From: an uncultured delta proteobacterium
GTDB taxonomy: Bacteria; Desulfobacterota; Binatia; JACPRU01
Length of the DNA: 64,000 bases
NCBI GenBank assembly: GCA_963745025.1
Contig: CAVUWD010000006.1
Coordinates: forward strand, 192,001-256,000
Reading direction: 5' to 3'
Positions within the stretch are counted from its first letter, which is position 1. The number at the start of each line of letters is the position of its first letter. This document shows positions 39,689 to 50,357 of the stretch, one piece after another. A model generated the notes under the pieces. It was not told the origin of the DNA. It did not search any database and saw only the letters and a list, made by a program, of their open reading frames with translations. The position numbers were made by a program, and so were the translations under genes.

Positions 39689-41670
39689 ATGGAGAGACAA
39701 ATGCGCTTCAAGCTCGCCGCACCGCTCCTCAGCCTGGCGCTGGCCGCGGTCATCGCTTCGCCGGCGCTCGCCGCTGACGCGACCACCACCGACGTCGGCA
39801 CGCTCGACAAGGAGGCGGCCGAGAAGGCGTTCCCCGCCAAGCCGCCGTACTCGCCCTACGCCGGTCGCAACTTCCCCACGCGCCCGTTCTTCGGCGACAC
39901 GCACCTGCACACGTCGTTCTCGATGGACGCCGGCGCGTTCGGCTGCCGGCTCGGCCCGAGGGACGCCTACCGCTTCGCCAAGGGCGAGGAGATCACGGCT
40001 TCGAGCGGCCAGCGCGCGAAGCTCTCGCGGCCGCTCGACTTCCTGGTCGTGGCCGACCACTCGGACAACATGGGCTTCTTCCCGCTGATCGTCGGCGGCA
40101 ACCCGAAGGTGCTCGCCGACCCGACAAGGCCGCAAGTGGTACGACATGATCCAGTCGGGCAAGGGCGCCGAGGCGGCGATCGAGATCATCATCAGCTTCG
40201 GCAAGGGAACGATCCCCAAGGCGATCCTGTCCCTGCCCGGCACGCCGGCCTACCGCTCGGCGTGGGAGGAGACGATCAAGGCGGCCGACGAGGCGAACGA
40301 TCCGGGCCGCTTCACCGCCTTCATCGGCTACGAGTGGACCTCGAACACCGGCGGCAACAACCTGCACCGCAACGTCATCTTCCGCGACGACGGCGACGAA
40401 GGCGAGCCAGGTCGAGCCCTTCACCACCATGCAGCCGCTCGGCAGCGACAATCCGCGCGACCTCTGGAAGTGGATGGCCGCCTACGAGCAGAAGACCGGC
40501 GGCGAGGTGCTCGCCATCGCGCACAACGGCAACCTCAGCAACGGCCGCATGTTCCCGATCATCGAGTCGTTCACCGGCAAGCAGGATCGACCGCGAGTAC
40601 GCCGAGACACCGCACGCAGTGGGAGCGCCTCTACGAAGCCACGCAGATCAAGGGCGACGGCGAGACGCATCCGTTCCTCTCGCCCAACGACGAGTTCGCC
40701 AACTTCGAGCGCTGGGACAAGGGCAACCTCGACCTCAGCGAGCCGAAGAAGCCGGAGATGCTGGAGTTCGAGTACGCGCGCTCGGCGCTGAAGAACGGCC
40801 TCAAGCTCGGAAGCCGAGCTCGGCGTCAACCCCTACAAGTTCGGCATGGTCGGCTCGACCGACGCGCACACCGGCTCTCGCCGCCGTCGAGGAGGACAAC
40901 TTCTTCGGCAAGACCTCGAGCGCCGAGCCGAGCGCGACCCGCGCTGCGCATCCGTTCGTCAAGAATCCGCAGACCGGGCTCACGATCATGGGCTGGGAGA
41001 CGACCGCGTCGGGCTACGCCGCCGTGTGGGCGACGGAGAACACGCGCGAGGCGATCTTCGACGCCATGCAGCGCCGCGAGACCTACGCCACGACCGGCCC
41101 GCGCATGATCGTGCGCTTCTTCGGCGGCTGGGATTTCGAACCGGAGCGACGCGCAGAACCGCATGCCCGGCGCAGCATCGGCTACACCAAGGGCGTGCCG
41201 ATGGGCGGCGATCTGCAGCGACGCTCCGCAGGGCAAGTCGCCGACGTTCCTCGTCGCCGCGCTCAAGGATCCGATCGGCGCGAACCTCGACCGCATCCAG
41301 ATCGTCAAGGGCTGGCTCGATGCAAGGATGGCAAGACCGCAGGAGCGAATCTACGACGTGGCCGTGTCCGGCGACCGCAAGATCGACGCCGAGGGCCGCT
41401 GCAAGACACCGGTCGGCAGCACCGTGGACGTGCCGAACGCGACCTGGACCAACACCATCGGCGCGCCGCGAGCTGATCACCGTGTGGAAAGACCCGGACT
41501 TCGACCCGACGCAGCGCGCGTTCTACTACGTCCGCGTGATCGAGATCCCGACGCCGCGCTGGACGGCGTACGACGCGAAGTATTTCGGCATGACGATGCC
41601 GAAGGAAGTGCCGATGACCACGACCGAGCGCGCCTACACCTCGCCCATCTGGTACACGCCGGCCAAGTGA
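39689..41670 (+). CDS. DUF3604 family secreted putative metallohydrolase; multiple frameshifts
   Basis: Signal peptide, [66 protein letters not shown] across frames. Confidence 0.85.
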
Positions 41671-41677
41671 GGAGCGT

Positions 41678-42565
41678 ATGGCGAGTCTCAAGACGCTTCT
41701 GCGCGAACCGCTGGTGCATTTCCTGCTGCTGGGGGCCGGACTCTTCGTTGCCTTTGGCTTCGTGAGCAAACGCACCAGCCCCGCGCCAGAAAAGATCGTC
41801 GTCACGCGAGGACAGATCGAATCGCTGGCGCTAAGTTTCACTCGCACCTGGCAGCGTCCGCCGACCGACGAGGAGCTGGAAGGATTGATCCGCGACCACG
41901 TCCGCGAGGAAGTCTACTACCGCGCCGCGATCGCCTTGGGATTGGATCGCGACGATACGATCGTCCGCCGGCGGCTCCGGCAGAAGATGGAGTTCCTCTC
42001 CGAAGACGTCGGCGCGGAGGTTGGGCCGACCGACGAGGACCTGCAGGCGTACCTGCGGGCGCATCCCGAGACGTTCCGCGTCGAGCGCCGGTTCACGTTC
42101 CGCCAGGTCTATCTCAACCCCGATCGGCACGGTGGAAATCTGCGGCGCGATGCTGCCCGGCTGCTCGCGCAGCTGAACCAAACCGGCGGCAAGGCGGATG
42201 TCATCGAGATGGGCGATCCTTCGCTGCTCGAGCACCAGTTCGATGCGGTTCCAGCCAGCGAAGTCGCAAAGCAGTTCGGTGAGAAGTTCGCGGCGGCGTT
42301 GACCGACGTTGCGCCCGGTCGATGGCAAGGGCCGATCGAATCCGGTTACGGCGCGCATCTGGTCTTCGTAGCCGAGCGCACCGACGAACGGCTGCCGGCG
42401 CTGGAAGAAGTGCGTGACGCCGTCCGGCGCGAGTGGATGAACTTCCACCGGCAGAAGGCCAACGATCAATTCTACGCCGGCCTCCTCGAGCGCTACACCG
42501 TCACCGTCGAGCAGCCACAGCGGGCGGACGGAGAGAAGAAGCTCGCCGCGGTGAAGTCGCGATGA
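41678..42565 (+). CDS. PpiC-type peptidyl-prolyl isomerase-like protein (DUF3604-associated)
   Basis: [45 protein letters not shown]. Confidence 0.85.
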   Translation: MASLKTLLREPLVHFLLLGAGLFVAFGFVSKRTSPAPEKIVVTRGQIESLALSFTRTWQRPPTDEELEGLIRDHVREEVYYRAAIALGLDRDDTIVRRRLRQKMEFLSEDVGAEVGPTDEDLQAYLRAHPETFRVERRFTFRQVYLNPDRHGGNLRRDAARLLAQLNQTGGKADVIEMGDPSLLEHQFDAVPASEVAKQFGEKFAAALTDVAPGRWQGPIESGYGAHLVFVAERTDERLPALEEVRDAVRREWMNFHRQKANDQFYAGLLERYTVTVEQPQRADGEKKLAAVKSR

Positions 42566-43548
42566 AGCGCACGAGCCTGCTCTTCGTCCTGCTCGTCGGC
42601 TTCGCGGGCAGCGTGCTCGCCCATGAAGTACGCCCGGCCTATCTGGAGCTCCGCCAGAGCGGCCCGGAGACCTACGACGTGCTGTGGAAGGTGCCGGCTC
42701 GCGGCGCGGACCTGCGCCTCGGCATCTACGTCGAGATGCCCCCGGATTGCCAGAGGGTTACCGAGCCGCGGGCCTCCTTCGCCGACAACGCGTTCACCGA
42801 CCGCTGGTCCGTGAAGTGTGCGGGAGGGCTCACCGGCGCTACGATTCGCATCGCCGGTCTCTCGGCGACGATCATCGACGTGCTGGTGCGCCTGGAGCGG
42901 AGCGATGGCACGACGCAAGTCACGCGGCTCACGCCGCCGTCTCCGTCGTTCACGGTCGAAGCCGCGCCGCGCGCGACGCAAGTGGCGGCGACGTACCTGC
43001 GGCTCGGGGTCGAGCACATTCTCGGCGGCATCGATCATCTGCTGTACATCCTGGCGATGCTCGTTCTCGTCAAAGGCTGGCGGCGCGTGGTGGCGACGAT
43101 GACCGCCTTCACCACAACCCACAGCCTGACGCTGACCGCGGCGGCGCTCGGCTTCGTTCACGTGCCGCAGCCGCCCGTCGAAGCGGCGATCGCTTTGAGC
43201 ATCGTGTTCGTCGCGCGCGAGATCGTGCGCGGCGCGCAGGGCCGGTCGGGCTTGACGGAACGCTGGCCGTGGGTGGTCTCGTTCACCTTCGGATTGCTGC
43301 ACGGCTTCGGCTTTGCCGGCGCGCTCAGCGAGGTGGGGCTGCCGCAGCGCGCGATTCCGGTGGCGCTCGCGTTCTTCAACGTCGGCGTCGAGATCGGGCA
43401 ACTCGTGTTCGTCGCGGCGGTGTTGGGGATATTCGCTCTCGTCCGCTGGCTGGGGATATCCGTCTCGCGCCGGGCGGAGCTCGTCCCCGCGTACGCGATC
43501 GGCGGCGTCGCGGCATTCTGGGTCGTCGAGCGCGTCGCCGCGTTTTGA
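42562..43548 (+). CDS. HupE/UreJ family protein with N-terminal periplasmic domain
   Basis: AHEVRPAYL, LGVEHILGGIDHLL, TAFT..HSLTL, FGLLHGFGFA, FNVGVEIGQL. Confidence 0.88.
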   Translation: MKRTSLLFVLLVGFAGSVLAHEVRPAYLELRQSGPETYDVLWKVPARGADLRLGIYVEMPPDCQRVTEPRASFADNAFTDRWSVKCAGGLTGATIRIAGLSATIIDVLVRLERSDGTTQVTRLTPPSPSFTVEAAPRATQVAATYLRLGVEHILGGIDHLLYILAMLVLVKGWRRVVATMTAFTTTHSLTLTAAALGFVHVPQPPVEAAIALSIVFVAREIVRGAQGRSGLTERWPWVVSFTFGLLHGFGFAGALSEVGLPQRAIPVALAFFNVGVEIGQLVFVAAVLGIFALVRWLGISVSRRAELVPAYAIGGVAAFWVVERVAAF

Positions 43549-43653
43549 GCGGACCGAGCTCTGCACGCGGGCAGCTTCGCATCGACCCGGCGCTCACGCC
43601 CCCCCGCAACCAAGCGAGCAACAGTCCGTTGACCTCGTTGGGACGGGATTCCC

Positions 43654-43670
43654 TCGGCATTGAAATTGCA
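43654..43670 (+). promoter_or_regulatory. Possible sigma-54 promoter upstream of the OmpA gene
   Basis: TCGGCATTGAAATTGCA has GG-N10-GC spacing with TTGCA at -12. Confidence 0.35.
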
Positions 43671-43843
43671 TGGCACTTTGATTTGAGGACACCCGGATAC
43701 TCAGGGACGATGAACCTGACGTCAGACGAAAGGAGTCCATCGAGAGATGGTCTTTCCACCAACATCGGCTTGCATTCGATGCGTTTCGTAGATAAACGGC
43801 AATTGGTCTTATGGTAGATGGCACTTGGGTGAGGAGGAGTAAA

Positions 43844-44551
43844 ATGAGGCTAACGTCAAAATTCGGAAAACCGGTTGCAGGAATCGCGGCGGTCGCCCTG
43901 ATGGGCAGCGTGCTGGCTGGCTGCTCCCAGGAGGCCATGAAGACTCACCCTTGGGGGCGTTGTGCCGTGGTCGGCGGAGCGCTCGGGGGCGCTTTGGGTG
44001 GCGCCGCTGGCGCGGGTGGTATGTACGCGGCCAACCCAAGCGATGACAAGGATAACGCCATAGGTGTCGCGACCATGGGCAGCGCAGTGGTCGGCTCCAT
44101 ACTGGGAGCGGTCATCGGCCATTACACCTGCGATCCGGTCGTAACTCCGCCTCGTGCAACACCTCCAACCACCACCGCAGCACCCGCCCCCGTCGTCTCC
44201 ACCGCCACTGTGGAGAAGCTGGTTCTGCGCGGCGTGCATTTCGACTTCAACAAGTCGAAGATCCGCACGGGCGATGCGGCAGTTTTGGATGAGGCCGCGG
44301 CGACTCTCAAGACCCATCCGGGCGTGACGGTGAACGTGAACGGCTATTGCGACGCCGTTGGCAGCGTAAAGTACAACCAGAAGCTGTCGGAGCGTCGGGC
44401 GGCAGCCGTCGTGGCATATTTGGCGAAGGCCGGAATTCCGGAAAACCAGCTGGTTCCGCGCGGGTATGGCAAGACGGACTTCGTCGCCACCAACGATACG
44501 GCTGAGGGCCGCGCCCAAAACCGCCGCGTCGAGCTGTTGCCCGTACAGTAA
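43844..44551 (+). CDS. OmpA family lipoprotein
   Basis: Lipobox LAGC, glycine zipper, VHFDFNKS, YNQKLSERRA, GRAQNRRVE. Confidence 0.92.
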   Translation: MRLTSKFGKPVAGIAAVALMGSVLAGCSQEAMKTHPWGRCAVVGGALGGALGGAAGAGGMYAANPSDDKDNAIGVATMGSAVVGSILGAVIGHYTCDPVVTPPRATPPTTTAAPAPVVSTATVEKLVLRGVHFDFNKSKIRTGDAAVLDEAAATLKTHPGVTVNVNGYCDAVGSVKYNQKLSERRAAAVVAYLAKAGIPENQLVPRGYGKTDFVATNDTAEGRAQNRRVELLPVQ

Positions 44552-44574
44552 GCCGGAAAAATCAGTTCGTAGAG

Positions 44575-44612
44575 AACGGCCACGGTCCCTTCGGGGGCCG
44601 CGGCCGTTTCTT
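44575..44612 (+). terminator. Putative intrinsic terminator after the OmpA gene
   Basis: AACGGCCACGGTCCC-TTCG-GGGGCCGCGGCCGTT hairpin followed by TCTT. Confidence 0.6.
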
Positions 44613-44721
44613 CATCAGGGCGAATAACATCGGCGTGAAACTTCAGGTGAATCGAAAGGTGCAAAAGGCTGACCTGAACCGGCAGATTTGCTATCAATCT
44701 ATGCAGGGAGGAATAGGAGGT

Positions 44722-45327
44722 ATGAAGCAAGGCGGGTTGATGATCGCCGCCGTCACGGTTGCGGCATGCTTTCAGGTTTCGAGATGCCTCGCCGGAGAGC
44801 AACTCGGCGAAGCGCCTGCCGTAAACGCCAAACCGACTGCGACGGCATCCCATGGAGTGTCCGGGGGCAATCAGCCGGAAGCGCCGGGTGCGCCAGCGCC
44901 GACGTCCCAATCTGACGCGCCGAACAAGACGCTGCGCCAAAACGTCCGTTCGCTGATAGGGAAGATTGCGCCCGAACGCCTGAAACGCGACCTGGAGTTC
45001 AAAAAGGCATCCGCGCAGTTCCAGGACTTCTGCCGGCATTGGGAGCAGAACCTTCGTGAGCGGGAGCGCGATAATCTTTCGAAGCTGATGTTCACGTTGA
45101 AGGACGGCTTCCAGACCGCGACCTATACCGGATACGGCGACGTCAAGACTTGCGAGGCCCATCAGTCCAAAGAAGGATTCTCGATCGGCAAAATTACTTA
45201 CCAGGAGTTCACCTATTACCTGGCCGGCAAGACTCCCGAAGAAGCCTTACACGGAGACAAGAAACCGATCAGCGACACTCACACCACCGAGATTTTTCGG
45301 TGGGAGAACAATAAATGGTTCTATTGA
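44722..45327 (+). CDS. Hypothetical exported protein
   Basis: RBS AGGAGG, hydrophobic N-terminus and plausible codon usage; no family recognised. Confidence 0.65.
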   Translation: MKQGGLMIAAVTVAACFQVSRCLAGEQLGEAPAVNAKPTATASHGVSGGNQPEAPGAPAPTSQSDAPNKTLRQNVRSLIGKIAPERLKRDLEFKKASAQFQDFCRHWEQNLRERERDNLSKLMFTLKDGFQTATYTGYGDVKTCEAHQSKEGFSIGKITYQEFTYYLAGKTPEEALHGDKKPISDTHTTEIFRWENNKWFY

Positions 45328-45642
45328 TCTGACTGCTGCATCTTTGCCGGCTTCGCAGGAAAATCGGCAGTCTGAAACGATCGCGCTTTTCACGACCGAT
45401 CTCGGGATTTTGCGGCGAAGCTTGCCGGGCGCCGCTGCAAACCAACGCTCGCAAGCACGACTGATGTCAGCCGGGCCCTCGTACCCACGCTCGTAGCCAA
45501 CTCCAAAACCGTCAGTGATCCTTCGCGGAGGAACTCCCCGCGCGCCGTTGCCGTTCGTCATCGAGCTGACCTTCATTGTGACGCCGCATCGCGGTAGCTT
45601 CTTGGCTGACAGGTTGGATCAACCGTAAGAAAGGCGCTCGAA

Positions 45643-46713
45643 ATGCAACGTCACGCTCCTCGCACAAGCCCTGGCGAGTCGGCAGTGCGCAGCGCCCTGC
45701 GCATCCTGCTGGCGTCACTTTGGGGGATCCTCATCGCCGCCATCACGGTGTGGGATAGCCTGGCAATTGGCTATCGTGCTCCGTTCGGTGACGCGGCGCG
45801 ACAGATCCTCGGCATCGGCTTGGCCCTACTGGGCGTCGCAGCCATCGTCGGCCTCTTCGCTCGGCCCATGCGTCGCACGACCGTGGCGTTCCTGGTCGTA
45901 TTCGTACTGATGCTCGCCTGGTGGTCGCGTATCGAGCCCCGCAACGACCGCGAGTGGCAGCCGGAAGTCGCCGTGCTTGCCTATGCCGATGTGCACGGCG
46001 ACCAGGTGACGATGCACAACATTCGGAACTTCGACTACCGCAGCGAAACCGATTTCACGCCACGGTACTACGACAAGACCTTCGACTTGAACACACTCGA
46101 CACCCTGGACCTGATCGCCACGTACTGGATGGGTGACGCCATCGCGCACATGATGGTGAGCTTCGGCTTCGGCGGCCGGGACTATCTCACCGTTTCGATC
46201 GAAACGCGCAAGGAGCGCAGCGAGAGCTACTCGACGCTCGCCGGCTTCTTCAAGCAGTACGAACTGTATTACGTGGTCGCCGACGAGCGCGACCTGATCC
46301 GCGTACGCACCAACTACCGCAAAGACCCGCCCGAGGATGTATACCTCTACCGCACGGCTGCGCCTGCCGAAAACGTGCGCCGCTTGTTCTTGAGCTACAT
46401 CACGAAGATCAACTCACTCAAGGACCACCCGGAGTTCTACAACACGCTGACGACGAACTGCACGACGAACATCTGGATGCACACCAAGGTCAACAAGCAG
46501 AGCCTCCCGCTGAATTGGAAGATCCTGGCCAGTGGCTACCTGCCGCAGTTGGTCTACGAACACGGCCGGCTCGATACGCGTTTGCCGTTCGAAGAGTTGC
46601 GACGGCGTTCGCACATCAACGAGGCGGCGCGCGCCGCAAACGGTGCCCCGGACTTTTCGCAACGCATACGCGCCAACGTTCCGGTGCCGCCGCCATCCCG
46701 GCCCGAGCACTGA
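45643..46713 (+). CDS. DUF4105 domain-containing membrane protein
   Basis: HNIRNFDY, AHMMVSFGF, SIETRKE, FYNTLTTNCTT. Confidence 0.85.
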   Translation: MQRHAPRTSPGESAVRSALRILLASLWGILIAAITVWDSLAIGYRAPFGDAARQILGIGLALLGVAAIVGLFARPMRRTTVAFLVVFVLMLAWWSRIEPRNDREWQPEVAVLAYADVHGDQVTMHNIRNFDYRSETDFTPRYYDKTFDLNTLDTLDLIATYWMGDAIAHMMVSFGFGGRDYLTVSIETRKERSESYSTLAGFFKQYELYYVVADERDLIRVRTNYRKDPPEDVYLYRTAAPAENVRRLFLSYITKINSLKDHPEFYNTLTTNCTTNIWMHTKVNKQSLPLNWKILASGYLPQLVYEHGRLDTRLPFEELRRRSHINEAARAANGAPDFSQRIRANVPVPPPSRPEH

Positions 46714-46714
46714 C

Positions 46715-47875
46715 ATGGTTTCGTCGGCTCCCGAATCGACGACCACCCCAGACCACCCACTGTCCTTCGATCGCGCAGCCGACGGCGCGCTCGTCGTGCG
46801 CCTGGCAGGGGCGTGGCAGCTCTCGAGCACCTTGCCGCCGGTGAGCACCGTGGAGCGCCAGCTCTCCGATTCCGCGCCACGCCGGATCGTATTCGATTCC
46901 ACGCGGCTCGGCGCCTGGGACAGCGGCCTCCTGACCTTCCTCATGGACCTCGATGCCGTCTGCGCTCGCCGAGGGACCCAGATGGACCGCAGCGGATTGC
47001 CCACGGGTGTCCAGCGGCTGCTCGCCCTGGCCGCCGCGGTGCCGGAACGAACCGGCGCGCGGCAGGCGACCGTCGCGCCGTCCTGGCTGGCGCGCATCGG
47101 CCTCGCCTTCACCGGCGCCCGCCAGCCGATCCTGGACATGCTCGGCTTCATCGGAGACGCCACCGCAGCGTTCGGAAGCCTGCTACGCGGCCGCGCGCGA
47201 TTTCGCCGGAGCGATCTCTTGCTGCTCATCCAGCAGGCCGGGGCCGATGCGCTCGGGATCGTCACGCTGATCAGCTTCCTGGTCGGCACGATCCTCGCCT
47301 TCGTCGGTGCGGTGCAGCTTCAGCAGTTCGGCGCAGCGATCTACGTCGCCGATCTGGTCGGCATCGCGATGGTGCGCGAGATGGGCGCGATGATGACCGC
47401 GATCGTCATCGCCGGACGCACCGGCGCCGCCTACGCGGCACAGCTCGGCACCATGAAGGTGACCCAGGAGATCGATGCGCTGACCACGATGGGCATCTCG
47501 CCGCTCGAATTCCTGGTGCTGCCGCGCATGCTGGCGCTCTGCTTGATGATGCCGCTGCTCTGCCTGTACGCCGACTTCGTCGGCATTCTCGGCGGCGCGT
47601 GCGGTCGGCGTCGGCGATGCTCGATCTCGCGCCGCTCGTCTACTACAACCAGACGGCCGCGGCCGTGCACCTGGGGATCTCGTCGGCGGCGTCTTCAAGG
47701 CTTCCGTGTACGGCGTGCTGATTGCGCTCTCCGGGTGCCTCGCGCGGCATGCAGTGCGGCAACAGCTCCTCGGCGGTCGGCAGACGCGGCGACCTCCGCC
47801 GTCGTCACCGGCATCGTGTTCATCATCAGCGCCTGCGGCGTGTTCGCCGTGATGTTCTATGTCCTCGGGATCTGA
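46715..47875 (+). CDS. mlaE: MlaE-family ABC permease with N-terminal STAS domain; compensating frameshifts at about 47600-47785
   Basis: WDSG, REMGAMMTAIVIAGRTGAAYAAQLGTMKVTQEIDAL, LVLPR, ATSAVV. Confidence 0.85.
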   Translation: MVSSAPESTTTPDHPLSFDRAADGALVVRLAGAWQLSSTLPPVSTVERQLSDSAPRRIVFDSTRLGAWDSGLLTFLMDLDAVCARRGTQMDRSGLPTGVQRLLALAAAVPERTGARQATVAPSWLARIGLAFTGARQPILDMLGFIGDATAAFGSLLRGRARFRRSDLLLLIQQAGADALGIVTLISFLVGTILAFVGAVQLQQFGAAIYVADLVGIAMVREMGAMMTAIVIAGRTGAAYAAQLGTMKVTQEIDALTTMGISPLEFLVLPRMLALCLMMPLLCLYADFVGILGGACGRRRRCSISRRSSTTTRRPRPCTWGSRRRRLQGFRVRRADCALRVPRAACSAATAPRRSADAATSAVVTGIVFIISACGVFAVMFYVLGI

Positions 47876-48672
47876 CAGCGTCACCCGCCCATCGACCACG
47901 GGCGATGCCCACATCACCGTGCGGAATCTGACGATGGCCTACGGGAGCTTCGTGCTCATGCGCGACCTCAACTTCACCGTGAAGCGAGGCGACGTCTTCG
48001 TCATCATGGGCGGCAGCGGCTGCGGGAAGAGCACGCTTGCTGCGACACCTGATCGGCCTGAACGAGCCGGCCACCGGCGAGATCTGGTACGGGAGCGAAA
48101 ACTTCACGGCCGCCGACCCCCTCAAACGGCGAGCGATGCTGCAACGCTTCGGCGTCCTCTATCAGAGCGGCGCGCTCTGGAGCTCGATGACGTTGGCCGA
48201 GAACATCGGCCTACCCCTGGGCGAGTACACGGAGTTGACGCCCGACGAGATCCGCGAGGTGGCGAGCCTCAAGCTCGCGCTCGTCGGACTGAAGGGCTTC
48301 GAGGACTTCTATCCTTCGCAGATCAGCGGCGGCATGCAGAAGCGTGCCGGCCTGGCACGGGCGATGGCGCTCGATCCGGAGGTGCTGTTCTTCGACGAGC
48401 CATCGGCGGGGCTCGACCCGATCAGCTCCAAGCTGCTCGACGATCTCATCCTGGAGCTGCGCGAGAGCCTGGGAGCCACCATCGTCGTCGTCACCCACGA
48501 GCTGGCGAGCATCTTCGCGATCGCGACCAACAGCGTGTTCCTCGACGTGGAGACCCGGACGATGACCGATCTCGGGCCGCCGCGGGAACTGCTCGACTCG
48601 GGAAGCGCCGGCGTGCGCCGCTTCCTGAGCCGCGGGGAGGCGAACGGCGCCGCAGGGAGGACCCATGGGTAG
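47859..48672 (+). CDS. mlaF: MlaF-family ABC ATP-binding protein; frameshift at about 48040
   Basis: GGSGCGKST then, in another frame, ISGGMQKRAGLARAMALDP, FDEPSAGLDP, VTHEL. Confidence 0.85.
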
Positions 48673-49621
48673 AAAGGCCAACCCGGCAATGATCGGCGCC
48701 TTCGTGGTGGGGGCAGTCGCCTTGGCGGTGGCTAGCGTGTTGATCTTCGGTTCCGGCCAGCTGTTCAAGCACACCTCCGAGTACGTCTGCTTCTTCCGGG
48801 GAACGGTCGACGGCCTCAACGTCGGGGCCCCGGTCAGGATCAAGGGTGTGGAGGTCGGATCGGTGGTCGACATCCGGCTCCGCTTGCCCGAGCAAGAGAT
48901 GCCAATGGTCACTGCGCAGGGGATTCAGATCCCGGTCACCATCGAGATCGACGACGACAAGGTGGCTGCCTTGGGCGCTCGGCAGCAGCGCAACCTCAAG
49001 GAGTTGATCGCCTACGGCCTGCGCGCGCAGCTCAACGCGCAGAGCCTGGTGACCGGTCTGCTCTTCGTCCAACTCGACTTTCGTCCGGAGAACCCGGCTG
49101 AGTTCGTTCTCCCGCCAGACTCGAAAACACCCGAGATCCCGACGATGCCGACCACCATGGAACAGGTGCGGTCGGCGGCCGAGAACCTCTTTCGCAAGCT
49201 GCAAGCGGTGCACGTCGAGGACCTCGTCAAGTCGCTCACGGAGACGGTCGACGCCATCAAGAACGTCGTGGCAACGCCCGAACTGAAGGAGACCATCCAG
49301 GCCCTGCCGGCCACGGTCGCAAACCTCAATCAGGCGGTGACGAGCTTCCGCGAGTTGAGCGCGCACGTGGACGCCAAGGCAGGCCCGCTGTTCGACAGCC
49401 TCAAGGGAACATCCGAAAAAGGCGGGGTCGCCTTGGACCAGGCGCGCGGTACGATGCAGAGCGTCGACGAGTTCGTCAAGCCCGATTCGCCGCTGTCCAC
49501 CGAGCTTACCGGAACCCTGCAGGAGCTGTCGGCCGCGGCGCGCGCGCTGCGATTGCTTGCCAACTATCTGGAGCGCAACCCGAGCGCCCTCGTGCGCGGA
49601 AAGGCCGTGACATCCCAATGA
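48665..49621 (+). CDS. mlaD: MlaD/MCE family protein (PqiB-like)
   Basis: IGAFVVGA TM, GLNVGAPVRIKGVEVG, GLRAQL..SLVTG, LERNPSALVRG. Confidence 0.88.
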   Translation: MGRKANPAMIGAFVVGAVALAVASVLIFGSGQLFKHTSEYVCFFRGTVDGLNVGAPVRIKGVEVGSVVDIRLRLPEQEMPMVTAQGIQIPVTIEIDDDKVAALGARQQRNLKELIAYGLRAQLNAQSLVTGLLFVQLDFRPENPAEFVLPPDSKTPEIPTMPTTMEQVRSAAENLFRKLQAVHVEDLVKSLTETVDAIKNVVATPELKETIQALPATVANLNQAVTSFRELSAHVDAKAGPLFDSLKGTSEKGGVALDQARGTMQSVDEFVKPDSPLSTELTGTLQELSAAARALRLLANYLERNPSALVRGKAVTSQ

Positions 49622-50265
49622 GTCAGAGATCGGGTCGCGACGCGGCAACGGTCCTCGTCGTCGGCGCCTGGCTGTGCGGATGCTCGTCGGTTCTCGCCCC
49701 GCAGCCGGATCCCTCCCGGTTCTACACGCTGAGTCCCGTCGTGGACGCGGGCGGAAGCCAGCAGCGCGAGCCGCGGACCGTCATTTACGGCCTCGGCCCG
49801 ATCGAGCTGCCGGAGTATCTTGATCGCAACGAGCTCGCGGAGCGCCTGAGCTCGGCCGAGGTGCGGTATTCGCCGACAGACCTCTGGGCCGAGCCCCTGA
49901 AGACAAACCTGACCCGGGTGCTGCTGCAGAATCTCTCGTCCCTGCTGGGCGCCGATCGGATCGTCTTGTACCCGCGGCCGGGCACGGTCGCCGTCGACTA
50001 CCAGGTTGCGGTCAGCATCCTGCGCTTCGAGCGGACGGCTGCGGGCGAGGCGCAACTGCGAGCGCGCTGGGTGATCCGAGACCCGCGCAGCGGGGAGTAT
50101 CTGGCCCTCGAGGAGTCCAACTTCGCACACCCGGCGTCGTCGCCCAAGGCCGCAGACGCGGTCGACGCATTGAGCGCCGACCTCGGCGATCTCTGTCGCG
50201 AGATCGCCGCCGCCCTCCAGAAATTGCCGCCCCCGCAGCAGCCGCCGCGACGGGGACGTTCTTGA
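49618..50265 (+). CDS. pqiC: PqiC-like ABC transport auxiliary lipoprotein
   Basis: LCGC lipobox, RFYTL, LPEYLDR, WAEPL. Confidence 0.85.
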   Translation: MSQRSGRDAATVLVVGAWLCGCSSVLAPQPDPSRFYTLSPVVDAGGSQQREPRTVIYGLGPIELPEYLDRNELAERLSSAEVRYSPTDLWAEPLKTNLTRVLLQNLSSLLGADRIVLYPRPGTVAVDYQVAVSILRFERTAAGEAQLRARWVIRDPRSGEYLALEESNFAHPASSPKAADAVDALSADLGDLCREIAAALQKLPPPQQPPRRGRS

Positions 50266-50357
50266 CCTTCGTAACCTTCGTCGCGTTCCTCGCGTCGGCG
50301 GAATGCTGTAAGGAGAGAGGCGCGACGAAGGTTACGAAGGTCAAGAACGTCCCCGTC
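50249..50357. repeat. 37-bp perfect inverted repeat with 35-nt spacer between convergent genes
   Basis: GACGGGGACGTTCTTGACCTTCGTAACCTTCGTCGCG (50249-50285) is the exact reverse complement of 50321-50357. Confidence 0.92.
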
